DNA from: a virus
Taxonomy: Duplodnaviria > Caudoviricetes
IMG/VR virus record: IMGVR_UViG_3300020050_007362
Location: 11,369 to 75,368 of that record
DNA length: 64,000 nucleotides
Direction: 5' to 3' (one strand)
The stretch's first letter is position 1, and each line of letters begins with the position of its first letter. Positions 55,061 through 63,901 of this stretch are shown here, one piece after another. Position numbers and translations under genes: made by a program. Under the pieces are notes generated by a model. It was not told where the DNA came from and did not search any database. It saw only the letters and a list, made by a program, of their open reading frames with translations.

Positions 55061-55084
55061 CGCCGACAACTACATGGTGTCGAT

Positions 55085-55279
55085 ATGAAAACTACCATCG
55101 CAATAATTGTACTGGCAATAATGACTAGCAATGCCTATGCCAAAAAGCCGACATCTAAAAAGCCGACAACCAAACAGGGGTGTACGCAATTAGAAAAGAA
55201 ATACCGAGCAGCAAAGAAAACAAAACAACTATGCCGACATAAACTGGCCGAACAACTTTGGATGAGATGCGGAAAATGA
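55085..55279 (+). CDS. small exported Lys-rich protein
   Basis: Signal-like MKTTIAIIVLAIMTSNAYA. Confidence 0.55.
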   Translation: MKTTIAIIVLAIMTSNAYAKKPTSKKPTTKQGCTQLEKKYRAAKKTKQLCRHKLAEQLWMRCGK

Positions 55280-55376
55280 AATCACCTAAACGACGAGATG
55301 AAAATGAAATCGTATTAGCTATTTGCTTATTGGGAATGGCTATTATTTTAATAACCGTTATTGTGGAGAATTTACA

Positions 55377-56144
55377 ATGGCAATGACAAGAGAAGAAAAG
55401 CTGGCTAAAAACAAAGCTTATTATATTGCTAATAAAGAGGCTATTCAAGCAAGGAAAAAAGCCTATGCACTAGCCAACCCAGATAAAGTAAAAGCCGCTA
55501 ATCAAAGAAGGATTGAACGCATAGCCCAAGATGTAGTGTTAAAACAAAAACAAAAAGAATACCAAGCCCTTTGGTACGTTGATAACGCTAGTAAAGTAGC
55601 AGAATACTATAAAGCCTATGCGGAAAACAATAGGGAAAAAATAGCTGAATCACACAGAAAACACGAAAAGAAAAAAGCTGAAACTAAAAAAGCAGGAAAG
55701 CAAATTAACAAAACCGTAGAGGAAATAAAAATGGAAGTAAAACCTGAGACTAATAAGCCACAAGAAATGGTAAACATTCCTGATGATAGCAAAATGATAT
55801 CTCGAAAAACAATTGCCAAAGACTTAAACATTAGCTTGGTAACGCTAGATAGAGTAAGCAGAACACCACACTACAACATGCCTAAACACGTTTGCTTAAG
55901 ATCAAATAGATCGCATTTGTACAATCGGCAAGAAGTTGAAAATTGGTACCCTTTTGCTTTAGAGATATTAGCTTTATCAAAACAAGGGGAACGTTTGCCA
56001 AAAGCAAAGAAAGGTTATGTGTTTAAAGAAGGCAGCATGGGCTGGGGATTAATTATGTTTATGCGCAACAACAAAGACTTGATTTTAAAACACCAAGGTG
56101 AACGCCGGTTACACGGTGTTATGAAGGATGGGCGGTTTATATGA
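55377..56144 (+). CDS. protein with an excisionase/AlpA-like HTH in its C-terminal half
   Basis: MISRKTIAKDLNISLVTLDR...LYNRQEVENW; GGAG SD before 55377. Confidence 0.5.
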   Translation: MAMTREEKLAKNKAYYIANKEAIQARKKAYALANPDKVKAANQRRIERIAQDVVLKQKQKEYQALWYVDNASKVAEYYKAYAENNREKIAESHRKHEKKKAETKKAGKQINKTVEEIKMEVKPETNKPQEMVNIPDDSKMISRKTIAKDLNISLVTLDRVSRTPHYNMPKHVCLRSNRSHLYNRQEVENWYPFALEILALSKQGERLPKAKKGYVFKEGSMGWGLIMFMRNNKDLILKHQGERRLHGVMKDGRFI

Positions 56145-56246
56145 GCACCGGCGGAAAAGGCAGTCGGCAAAGACCAACTGATCAGCAGAAGTATAACGAT
56201 AACTGGGAAGCTATCTTCGGTAAGAAGAAAAAAGAGGAAAAGAAAA

Positions 56247-56468
56247 ATGAACGAGAAAATTAAAGAAATTTCTAACCAATGTCGGTCTAACCACATCCAT
56301 AAGATGGGGGATTTTGATCAAGAAAAGTTTGCTCAATTGATTATTGAAGAGTGTATTAGACAGATTGTACGTATCCCTACTCGCGTAGAGTATCTCGGAG
56401 GGCAATCGTTTACATATATTCAGTTAGGTGAAACAGTCGAAACAATTAAAAACCATTTTGGAGTGTAG
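56247..56468 (+). CDS. hypothetical protein (EKFAQLIIEECI family)
   Basis: 73-aa ORF. Confidence 0.6.
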   Translation: MNEKIKEISNQCRSNHIHKMGDFDQEKFAQLIIEECIRQIVRIPTRVEYLGGQSFTYIQLGETVETIKNHFGV

Positions 56469-56720
56469 ATGATGATGAGTAAAAATGTACCGGCATACCC
56501 ATCAGGAGAAAGTTACACCACGTTTGATAATGCTTCTGGAATTACGTCAAAGCATGGTAAATCGCCTTTACATACTGGAATGACATTACGCGATCACTTC
56601 GCGGGTCTTGCGATGCAAGGATTAATGACAACTTATGACGGTAACTCTTGCTCAATTATTGCAAGAGACGCATATGAAGTTGCGGATGCAATGATAGCAG
56701 AACGGGAGAAAAAGAAATGA
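56469..56720 (+). CDS. RDxFA..AMQG family small protein
   Basis: GMTLRDHFAGLAMQGL...AYEVADAMIAER. Confidence 0.7.
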   Translation: MMMSKNVPAYPSGESYTTFDNASGITSKHGKSPLHTGMTLRDHFAGLAMQGLMTTYDGNSCSIIARDAYEVADAMIAEREKKK

Positions 56721-57175
56721 ATATTGAATCAGATAATAAAGAAGAGTTAAAAGCGCGAAGAAATGTTTATCTTACATGGGTAGCTAAAATAGATGAGCAA
56801 ATAGCCGAGTTAGAAAAACCTAAACCATGGGAACCTAAAAGTGGGAGATGGGTAATAAGTGCAAATGGGAGGGCTATGAAAACTATTACCATGACAAAAT
56901 CGCAATTGTTTGGTACAGAACGCCAAACCGAAGAACAAGCAGAAAAAGCGGCTGTTGCAATGCGAAGGTTCAATCGATTATTAGCGTACCGTGATGAGTT
57001 TGCAGCAGGGTACATATTCCAAGTAGGGGGAATGAACTGTTACATCTATGCCAAAGAACATACATGGTTAGCAGGATCAACCTCTACAAATATACACCCA
57101 GCAGAGGTTTATTTTCCAGAACATGTAGCAAAGACACTATGTGCCAAACTTAATAGTGGTGAGGTTGTTTTATGA
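56717..57175 (+). CDS. hypothetical protein
   Basis: 152 aa; ATGA-coupled. Confidence 0.65.
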   Translation: MNIESDNKEELKARRNVYLTWVAKIDEQIAELEKPKPWEPKSGRWVISANGRAMKTITMTKSQLFGTERQTEEQAEKAAVAMRRFNRLLAYRDEFAAGYIFQVGGMNCYIYAKEHTWLAGSTSTNIHPAEVYFPEHVAKTLCAKLNSGEVVL

Positions 57176-57462
57176 ACCCATACACTTTCAGCTGGCAAGA
57201 ACAGATAAAAACCCCTTACATACAAAAACGTGAGTGGTGGAATATATTTGGCTCAGATACTATAGGTTATACAAATAGTTGGGTGCTTAAAGAACACACT
57301 ATAACCAGTCCAGAGTTAGTGGAGATGCTTATCTGTAACTCAGGTATGGCTATAACCGAATTAAATAAATTAATGTTTATGGATAAAACAATATGTAATT
57401 TATGTTTAACACAAGGTGCAAAAGCAACTGAATTTATCCCAACAACAAAGGCAGCGTTATGA
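57172..57462 (+). CDS. hypothetical protein
   Basis: 96 aa; ATGA-coupled. Confidence 0.6.
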   Translation: MNPYTFSWQEQIKTPYIQKREWWNIFGSDTIGYTNSWVLKEHTITSPELVEMLICNSGMAITELNKLMFMDKTICNLCLTQGAKATEFIPTTKAAL

Positions 57463-57878
57463 ACACGGTATCTTTAGACAAAAAGTACACTACGATATCT
57501 GGTTTAAAAGTAGTTATCTACGCTATTTACCCAGAATTACCCGCAGACCGAGTACACGGCGCTATGTTTTTCGATAATGGCGATGTGCTTTCTACTACAT
57601 GGGATATTGATGGTGAATATTGTAATAGTAAAGAGGGGCCAACCTGCATACTGTCTTTAAAAGAAGTTGAAGAAGATGTAAATTCTTTTAAAGCTTGCCA
57701 AAAAGACTTAGAAGAAAACAATTTAAGTTTAAATACAGGTTCCGGTATTTATTTTAAAGATTCAACAGGTAGAACAATGATTGTTGGCAATAGCATAGTA
57801 AAAGCAGTATTAGAAAAGTATACCGGTACCTATTTAGAAGAAATGTCTCAATGGACTAATCGAAATAAGGATAGCTAA
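57459..57878 (+). CDS. hypothetical protein
   Basis: 139 aa; ATGA-coupled. Confidence 0.6.
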   Translation: MNTVSLDKKYTTISGLKVVIYAIYPELPADRVHGAMFFDNGDVLSTTWDIDGEYCNSKEGPTCILSLKEVEEDVNSFKACQKDLEENNLSLNTGSGIYFKDSTGRTMIVGNSIVKAVLEKYTGTYLEEMSQWTNRNKDS

Positions 57879-58111
57879 TGTGGCAACAGTCAGAAGGTAA
57901 TCAACATTATTATTTAGGTAAGTACAAAGTAGGCGCAGTATTTCTTGATGAGAAAACAACAGGGGAAGAAGGTAAATATAAAGTAAACATCAATTTAGTC
58001 GGATTAAAGAATTATGTAGGCCACTTCATAACGCTAGAAGAAGGCATGACAATGCTGGAATTGGTAGTAGATATGTGGTTAATTAACAGTGAATTAAAAA
58101 GGGTAGACTAA
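57878..58111 (+). CDS. hypothetical protein
   Basis: 77 aa; coupled. Confidence 0.6.
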   Translation: MWQQSEGNQHYYLGKYKVGAVFLDEKTTGEEGKYKVNINLVGLKNYVGHFITLEEGMTMLELVVDMWLINSELKRVD

Positions 58112-58533
58112 TGAATATAGTAGTATTTGCAACCAAAGAGTTAAAGAAAGCACATCCAACAGATGCGGCATTTGATATAGAAGCCGATGAGTTCACTTCA
58201 ATAGAGCCAGATGAACGAAAACTGATAAGCACCGGTTTAAAAATGATAATACCTGATGGGTATTGCGGTATTTTAAAATCAAGAAGTGGTTTATCTGTAA
58301 AGCAGGGTGTTGAAGTGGGCGCTGGCGTAATCGATAGTGACTATAGGGGAGAAATTAAAGTTCTTATTTTAAACCATGGTGATTTACCTTTTAACATCAG
58401 TAAAGGGGATCGTATTGCTCAGATGATGATAGTGCCTGTGCCTAACGTTGAAATTAAAGTGATTGATGATCTATCTCCAACAAACAGGGGAGAAAAAGGC
58501 TTTGGTTCTTCCGGGATCGGTACTAAATTATAA
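58111..58533 (+). CDS. dut: trimeric dUTP diphosphatase (dUTPase)
   Basis: Motifs AAFDI, SRSGLS, GVIDSDYRGEIKV, GDRIAQ and RGEKGFGSSG. Confidence 0.95.
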   Translation: MNIVVFATKELKKAHPTDAAFDIEADEFTSIEPDERKLISTGLKMIIPDGYCGILKSRSGLSVKQGVEVGAGVIDSDYRGEIKVLILNHGDLPFNISKGDRIAQMMIVPVPNVEIKVIDDLSPTNRGEKGFGSSGIGTKL

Positions 58534-58554
58534 ACGCCGATAAACAAAAGTAGG

Positions 58555-58782
58555 ATGAAGAAAATGAGTAAGTTTGGTGACCCATTTTGGCAAATGCAGG
58601 GAAATGTAGAGCAAAAAGAGCGTAGCAGTACCTCCGGACTAGGAATGTTTTTAAGCGCATACTGTCCTATTTGCAAAGAACACAGAGGTAAAGATGGTAA
58701 ACATAATAAATGCAGTAAGATTATGCAGAAAATAAGACAAAAGGAGGATTTAAAAATAGCTATGCTTAATAACTTAGAATAG
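58555..58782 (+). CDS. small Zn-ribbon-like protein
   Basis: YCPICKEHR...HNKCSK. Confidence 0.5.
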   Translation: MKKMSKFGDPFWQMQGNVEQKERSSTSGLGMFLSAYCPICKEHRGKDGKHNKCSKIMQKIRQKEDLKIAMLNNLE

Positions 58783-59074
58783 GTATTTTAACAGGACATT
58801 TTTATGAACGTTAATATTTGCTGGGTTATCCCATCATTAATCGTAGGAGCGGTGTGTATATTTAGGTTGATCGATAATAGATTTATCGGCGCAATTATAT
58901 TTTCGATATACGTTTATGCCGCATTATTTTTTATACACGGTAAGTTTTATTATTAGGAGAAAAGATGGACAGAGAAAATCTGGAAAAAAAAATAAGTGGT
59001 TTATATATAGATATGATGTGGCTGTCATTGGCTACGCTATCAGCTATTGCCATTAGTATTATATCAATATTACG

Positions 59075-59416
59075 TTGTTGAGAAAAAAGATGGGATCAAT
59101 ATATAAATCATTTTTTGAAACAATGTTTACCCCAACCACTAAATATTATCGAGGATACCCTGTGCAAGATAAAAATGGCTCAACTGATTTTACTACGTTT
59201 ACCGGTACTGAAGAATTTGAACCCAAAGACGATACCCTAGCATCTTATATGATAGGTGTTAATGATAATAATCATGTGCAACTTCAAATAAACGGTGATC
59301 AACACGCTATAGCAACAATATCAATGAATTATGATGCTACTGCCAAATTAATAACCCATTTAGCAACAGTAATATCAGACAAATACACTATAACTGTAGA
59401 GAGGATAGAAGAATGA
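59075..59416 (+). CDS. hypothetical protein
   Basis: 113-aa ORF; the start may be the ATG at ~59090. Confidence 0.55.
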   Translation: MLRKKMGSIYKSFFETMFTPTTKYYRGYPVQDKNGSTDFTTFTGTEEFEPKDDTLASYMIGVNDNNHVQLQINGDQHAIATISMNYDATAKLITHLATVISDKYTITVERIEE

Positions 59417-59793
59417 CCGATGTACGTAAAATAGCTGAACAAGCGGGTTTTAGCATTCATGAAAACCAAATAATTTTTAACAATGAATACGAAATGACAG
59501 AGGAGATATTTCAAATAGCTATGTTAGTTGAGCAAGATGTTCTTAATAGAATGCCAAACCCATCGCAAGTATTAAAAGAGCAACAAAAGATGTTGGACGG
59601 CGTAGCGGATAAGTTGTTAGCCCCACAACAAGACCCTGAACGGGAAAAGAAATGGCTACGTGATCAGTTTGCCATGGCCGCTTTACAAGGGATGATATCT
59701 AATTCTAAAGTAATTACTAATTATGAAGTGGCTACTAGAGTAGCATACATATACGCTGATTTGATGTTAACTGAAAGGGATAAGGAAGACTAG
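59413..59793 (+). CDS. RDxFA..ALQG family protein
   Basis: WLRDQFAMAALQGM...AYIYADLMLTER. Confidence 0.7.
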   Translation: MTDVRKIAEQAGFSIHENQIIFNNEYEMTEEIFQIAMLVEQDVLNRMPNPSQVLKEQQKMLDGVADKLLAPQQDPEREKKWLRDQFAMAALQGMISNSKVITNYEVATRVAYIYADLMLTERDKED

Positions 59794-59996
59794 ATGTACA
59801 CCCTAATCTTAATAGTGTTCTTAAACACGACTATGTATTCCATAGTAGTACCTGATTTAGCAGATGATCGGGTTTGTTTAAGGTTAGGGAAAAATCTATC
59901 TAACGATATTCAAGATAACATTAAAAAAATTTCAACTAAAATTAGATGTGAGCCAACCGGCTATCAATAACCTTAACTTTAATTGTGAGAAATAAA

Positions 59997-60413
59997 ATGA
60001 AAAAATTAACAATACCCATGTCGTTTATTGTACTTAACGTAGTTGCCCTTGTTGCGTCTGCTACACCTCCGACTCCAGCCGCTAATATTACGTCCGTAAT
60101 GAACGGTGCGGTGATGGTTGGAACCAATGTATCGGCAGGTGTTGGCCAAAGCCAAGTACAAACATCAACAGCAACGTTGACTGGATCGTCAAGCTTGACT
60201 GTTGTTAATTCTATACCCACTATAGCCAATTCAATTACCGGTACGGCTGCTTCTACTGCTACAGGTAATGGTTATGTTTCCCCTACATGGAACATCGTTG
60301 ATGTCCACGGTACAACACAAGGTGTATCTGCAATATCAACTGGTACTGTTGTAACGACTTTGACAGATTATCCTATAGTAACTTCAACTATTACACCACA
60401 TGATCATGATTAA
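59997..60413 (+). CDS. secreted Ser/Thr/Gly-rich beta protein
   Basis: Signal peptide MKKLTIPMSFIVLNVVALVASA. Confidence 0.6.
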   Translation: MKKLTIPMSFIVLNVVALVASATPPTPAANITSVMNGAVMVGTNVSAGVGQSQVQTSTATLTGSSSLTVVNSIPTIANSITGTAASTATGNGYVSPTWNIVDVHGTTQGVSAISTGTVVTTLTDYPIVTSTITPHDHD

Positions 60414-60924
60414 GCTAATCCCTTTTCTATTGGTTCCCTGTTTAGCGTTTGCTGATGCAAATCAGTCAACTAACATACCGGTGACTGCTAATACAAATGT
60501 CGATGCTAGAAATCTATCCACTGCGGTAGGTTCTGATCCGAGTAGAGCAGTAGGCATGGCCGTAGCGCCAGGCTTATCCTCATCGTTTAATGACGTCTGT
60601 ATGGGTAGCACCAGTATGGGCGCAGGGTTTTCAGGCGGAAGTATTGCTCTCGGTACAACTTGGGAAGACCCTGATTGTGTACGGCGTTTAAATGCAAGGG
60701 AAATAAAAAACATGGGCGATGCCCAAGTTGCAAAAGAAATAATGTGTGGAAACGATGATGTCCGCGCAGCGTTTAAAAGGGTAGGTAGACCTTGCATAGA
60801 AGACGGTGGTACTGCTACTACTTCTTTACAAGGCGTTACCATTAATGAGAAAAGTAAACAGCGTCAGGATGAGCTATACGCTGTTGCTGTTAAGAAGAAC
60901 CAACAGCAACAACTAATACATTAA
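60400..60924 (+). CDS. secreted Cys-containing phage protein
   Basis: Signal peptide, then DVCMGSTS...DPDCVRRLNARE...IMC. Confidence 0.65.
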   Translation: MIMIKLIPFLLVPCLAFADANQSTNIPVTANTNVDARNLSTAVGSDPSRAVGMAVAPGLSSSFNDVCMGSTSMGAGFSGGSIALGTTWEDPDCVRRLNAREIKNMGDAQVAKEIMCGNDDVRAAFKRVGRPCIEDGGTATTSLQGVTINEKSKQRQDELYAVAVKKNQQQQLIH

Positions 60925-61097
60925 TCTTCTTTTCTATTCAAATACCGGTGTCTTGCTCTCAGCATGGCACCGGCTTGGCTGTAAGCTGAATCAGCTAAAT
61001 CATCTTGGCCAATATCAAACTCATAATCCGCCGACAAAAATCCCATCATCGCATAGGCAGCAAACGCATCCAAAAGCGCTTTTTCATCATCGTTCAT
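60921..61097 (-). CDS. RDxFA..AM.G family small protein, not in the ORF track
   Basis: 58 aa MNDDEKALLDAFAAYAMMGF...AYSQAGAMLRAR; stop overlaps the convergent plus-strand stop. Confidence 0.65.
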   Translation of the reverse strand: MNDDEKALLDAFAAYAMMGFLSADYEFDIGQDDLADSAYSQAGAMLRARHRYLNRKED

Positions 61098-61279
61098 TCT
61101 TTTACCTCAGCAGTTATTGGGTTTAAACCCCGTACATATTTACCATGGCCGGTGGTATTAGTACCGGCAGTAGTAAACTCAAAGTGTGTAGGTTGAGCTT
61201 GTTTACAAATATAGTCAACGGTTGAAATATCTGTCGCTTCCACTTCAATCTCAAAACTAATTATGACTCTATATTTCAT
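61094..61279 (-). CDS. hypothetical protein
   Basis: 61 aa; coupled. Confidence 0.55.
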   Translation of the reverse strand: MKYRVIISFEIEVEATDISTVDYICKQAQPTHFEFTTAGTNTTGHGKYVRGLNPITAEVKE

Positions 61280-61440
61280 TAGTAATCTTCCTTTAGTTCA
61301 ACTTCAACTACTTCCATCCTATAAAAAGGCGTTTCCATATTAGAAAACTGTTCTGCATAGTTTAAAGCATCTATTCTAGTGGTAAAGGCTATCTCTGGTT
61401 CACCATCATTACGACACATCACCACATAGATTGTACTCAT
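61279..61440 (-). CDS. small hypothetical protein, not in the ORF track
   Basis: 53 aa MSTIYVVMCRNDGEPEIAF...; coupled at both ends. Confidence 0.55.
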   Translation of the reverse strand: MSTIYVVMCRNDGEPEIAFTTRIDALNYAEQFSNMETPFYRMEVVEVELKEDY

Positions 61441-61829
61441 AGATGTCTCTTCCTTTCTTTTAACATCGCATTGGCAAGTCCATAAGCATCTTTTGCCGTA
61501 ACAGCTTCATTATTCAAAGCAGTATGGAACTTAGGATCACCTATTAACAAACCATTCATAGCCGTTATAGCTATCTGATCTCTTAGTTTATCTATATCGG
61601 TTTCAAGTTGCTTTGCATAAAGTTCAGATTGGTCTTCAAATATTTTAAGTGCTTTAGCGTTATGTTCGGCCATCATAAACTCAGTTAAATCGTTTACCAA
61701 TAACAACATATGATCATCTATTCTATCTGCAATAATTTCTATTGTTTCAGGGTTCATATAACCAGTATCAAATAGTTTTGCTACTTCTTCAGCTGCGTCT
61801 AATGCGTATTTTTCAGTCTTAGTTGTCAT
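61437..61829 (-). CDS. RDx.A..AM.G family protein
   Basis: LRDQIAITAMNGLL...AYGLANAMLKER. Confidence 0.65.
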   Translation of the reverse strand: MTTKTEKYALDAAEEVAKLFDTGYMNPETIEIIADRIDDHMLLLVNDLTEFMMAEHNAKALKIFEDQSELYAKQLETDIDKLRDQIAITAMNGLLIGDPKFHTALNNEAVTAKDAYGLANAMLKERKRHL

Positions 61830-62160
61830 CGTTATACCCTCCGATAATCATATTTACATTTTGGTTTAGTGTGTTATTTGGCACTACACTATTAATACCC
61901 ATACCTTCTTTATTACCTCTTGCTAATCGAGCTTTAAATTCTGATTCAGCAACACGTTGTTCTAACTTACGTAATTCTTCATTTTTAGTTTTAGCTTCAT
62001 CATAACCCCCTTGTTTCAATACCTCATCCGCTACTTTATAAGCCCAAATTACGTTAAATTTTATAGCTTCATCATGTAAATCACCTTCATGTGCAGCTAG
62101 GCCTTGTAATAGGTTATAAGCAATCTTCATTCTTGTTTCTTTTAGTTTTTCAGCGTTCAT
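61819..62160 (-). CDS. divergent member of the same family
   Basis: RMKIAYNLLQGL...AYKVADEVLK. Confidence 0.6.
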   Translation of the reverse strand: MNAEKLKETRMKIAYNLLQGLAAHEGDLHDEAIKFNVIWAYKVADEVLKQGGYDEAKTKNEELRKLEQRVAESEFKARLARGNKEGMGINSVVPNNTLNQNVNMIIGGYNDDN

Positions 62161-62437
62161 TTCTTTCTCCTATCCCATGTGCATCTTCGATAGCTCGTGC
62201 CAATTCAAACACACCTGCTTTTTTTAATTCGTTAATAGTTATATCTTGTACCCCCAGTTTAATAGCGACTGCCAAAGCAGTCTCTAAAATTTCCTGATCA
62301 CTCAAAGGTTTTTTCCTCGTATAAAGCGGTTGGCATGTTAAATCTAATTTATAAGGAAAATCGGAATATTTCCAATCATCTGTAACAACTCGATATGTTC
62401 GCCAAGCAACGGGTTCTTTACTCATAGTTCTCTCCAA
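62150..62437 (-). CDS. EPVA(W)-motif phage protein
   Basis: MSKEPVAW...PLYTRKKPLSDQEI...HGIGE. Confidence 0.65.
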   Translation of the reverse strand: MERTMSKEPVAWRTYRVVTDDWKYSDFPYKLDLTCQPLYTRKKPLSDQEILETALAVAIKLGVQDITINELKKAGVFELARAIEDAHGIGERNER

Positions 62438-62753
62438 GTGCTTTAACTATAGCTTTTTCAGCTTTAATGTATCGCCCATGGCTAACATCTAAAACATTAG
62501 GTTCGTCTGTAAGGGATGCTCTAAGTTTAAGATCGGCCATTAAATCTTGCAGTGCTTCCAGTAAATCTACGTTTACATCTTTAAGCGGTGCTGTGTAAAG
62601 AAAATTACCAACACTAACACCATGATGCCCTCTGTTAACCCACAACAAACTAAACCCTGAGCCTACTATGGCAACTGGTTCTTGTTTACTTTCCGAAAGA
62701 TACCAAGCCTCGCTCATCGCATCTCTTTCTCTATTCCAATCTTTACTCATCAT
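62418..62753 (-). CDS. EPVA-motif phage protein
   Basis: KQEPVA...FLYTAP...DLLEALQ. Confidence 0.65.
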   Translation of the reverse strand: MMSKDWNRERDAMSEAWYLSESKQEPVAIVGSGFSLLWVNRGHHGVSVGNFLYTAPLKDVNVDLLEALQDLMADLKLRASLTDEPNVLDVSHGRYIKAEKAIVKALGENYE

Positions 62754-63041
62754 CTACTCCAATACAGGTAAGCTTAAATTTACCCCTTTATGATCAACAA
62801 TATATTGATGGCATTCGTTTAATGTTTCAAACCAATCATCTATTTTTTTATATTCTCCAAAGTTGGTATTGTCATAAGTGGTTAGTGTAAACCATGCTAA
62901 CTTGTCTATATTCTTATCCTCTTTGATATAGCTTACTTTAAAACTATCTGTGTAATAGCTATATGAGTATCTACCGACAACACATTCATTTTTATCATTT
63001 ACCCACACGCTATATTCCATCACTCTCTCCAAATGTTTCAC
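62754..63041 (-). CDS. hypothetical protein
   Basis: 95-aa ORF. Confidence 0.55.
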   Translation of the reverse strand: MKHLERVMEYSVWVNDKNECVVGRYSYSYYTDSFKVSYIKEDKNIDKLAWFTLTTYDNTNFGEYKKIDDWFETLNECHQYIVDHKGVNLSLPVLE

Positions 63042-63414
63042 GCCTTTCTTTATAGTGGTTGTTGCGTTCTCCAGTTATGCCGTAATGTTGTTCTGCAAAG
63101 CGCACCCCATCTTTAAATGCGAGGTCATAATAATTTCTACAGGACTCTTGGTATGCTTTATCAATTTCATCCTCACTTAAAGGTTTGCGTTTTGGTGGTG
63201 ATGCGTAGAGTGGTATTGTTATTCCATCAAAATTCTTTTCAAACCCTACCGATAAAGTCCGCTCTGTAAAATCTTCGTTTTGACGTTCATACATCCAAGC
63301 TGCAGGCTCTTGCTCAGGTTCCTTAAGGAGTTCTTCAATCTCGTAAATAATTTGTATTGGCATACTATGCCCATTATTTAATACCCTTTGTAACAACTCT
63401 CTTTCTTTACTCAT
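63010..63414 (-). CDS. EPxAW-motif phage protein
   Basis: MSKERELL...EQEPAAW...PLYASPPKRKPLSEDEI...GVRFAEQHYGI. Confidence 0.65.
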   Translation of the reverse strand: MSKERELLQRVLNNGHSMPIQIIYEIEELLKEPEQEPAAWMYERQNEDFTERTLSVGFEKNFDGITIPLYASPPKRKPLSEDEIDKAYQESCRNYYDLAFKDGVRFAEQHYGITGERNNHYKERRETFGESDGI

Positions 63415-63529
63415 AATCTACTCCAAATTTCTTTAATTACCATTACTAGCTTTTCAACCAAATATGGAAAGCTGAGGCATACCCAAGATAATCCTACGGA
63501 AGTAACCGTAGCAAACCATTCAAAAAGAC

Positions 63530-63901
63530 TCATTCCTCACCTCCTATACCGTGTTGCTTCTCAGCAAACCGAATACCTTTTATAAATGTCATCGATTTAT
63601 AGTCAGGCACTTCTTCTGAAGATAATCCGTTTTGTATACACCCGACACTCAAAGGCTCACGCTTTAACTCTTGCTTTGCCTTTTCATAACCTATTTGATG
63701 CCACTCTTTGTTGATGTTTATGAGTTCGCGCAAAGGTTGTTTTCTTTCTACCATATCGGTAACACCACCTAAATGCTCAGGTTGGGCGAGAAGTTCTTCA
63801 GCGTCTGCTATTAATAAAAGCCAATCACTATATGTCATTTGAAAACTACATAATTTCTCAATCATCTCTCTTTCTTTACTCATTACCACCTCCAATGCCA
63901 T
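63530..63901 (-). CDS. paralog of 63010-63414
   Basis: MSKERE...KREPLS...GIRFAEKQHGIGG. Confidence 0.6.
   Translation of the reverse strand: MALEVVMSKEREMIEKLCSFQMTYSDWLLLIADAEELLAQPEHLGGVTDMVERKQPLRELININKEWHQIGYEKAKQELKREPLSVGCIQNGLSSEEVPDYKSMTFIKGIRFAEKQHGIGGEE

Noticed and set aside
60945-60973. Bidirectional terminator at the convergence point
   Set aside because: A hairpin exists (CCGGTGTC...GGCACCGG), but it lies inside the hidden minus-strand ORF 60921-61097 and lacks a clear U-tract; left uncalled.
160-63000. Many opposite-strand or alternate-frame ORFs in the track (e.g. 2240-2596, 10148-10576, 19241-19624, 22277-22699, 34554-34988, 42124-42453, 47072-47482, 47579-47821)
   Set aside because: They are shadows of well-supported genes or read-throughs of tandem repeats, without SD or protein-like composition.
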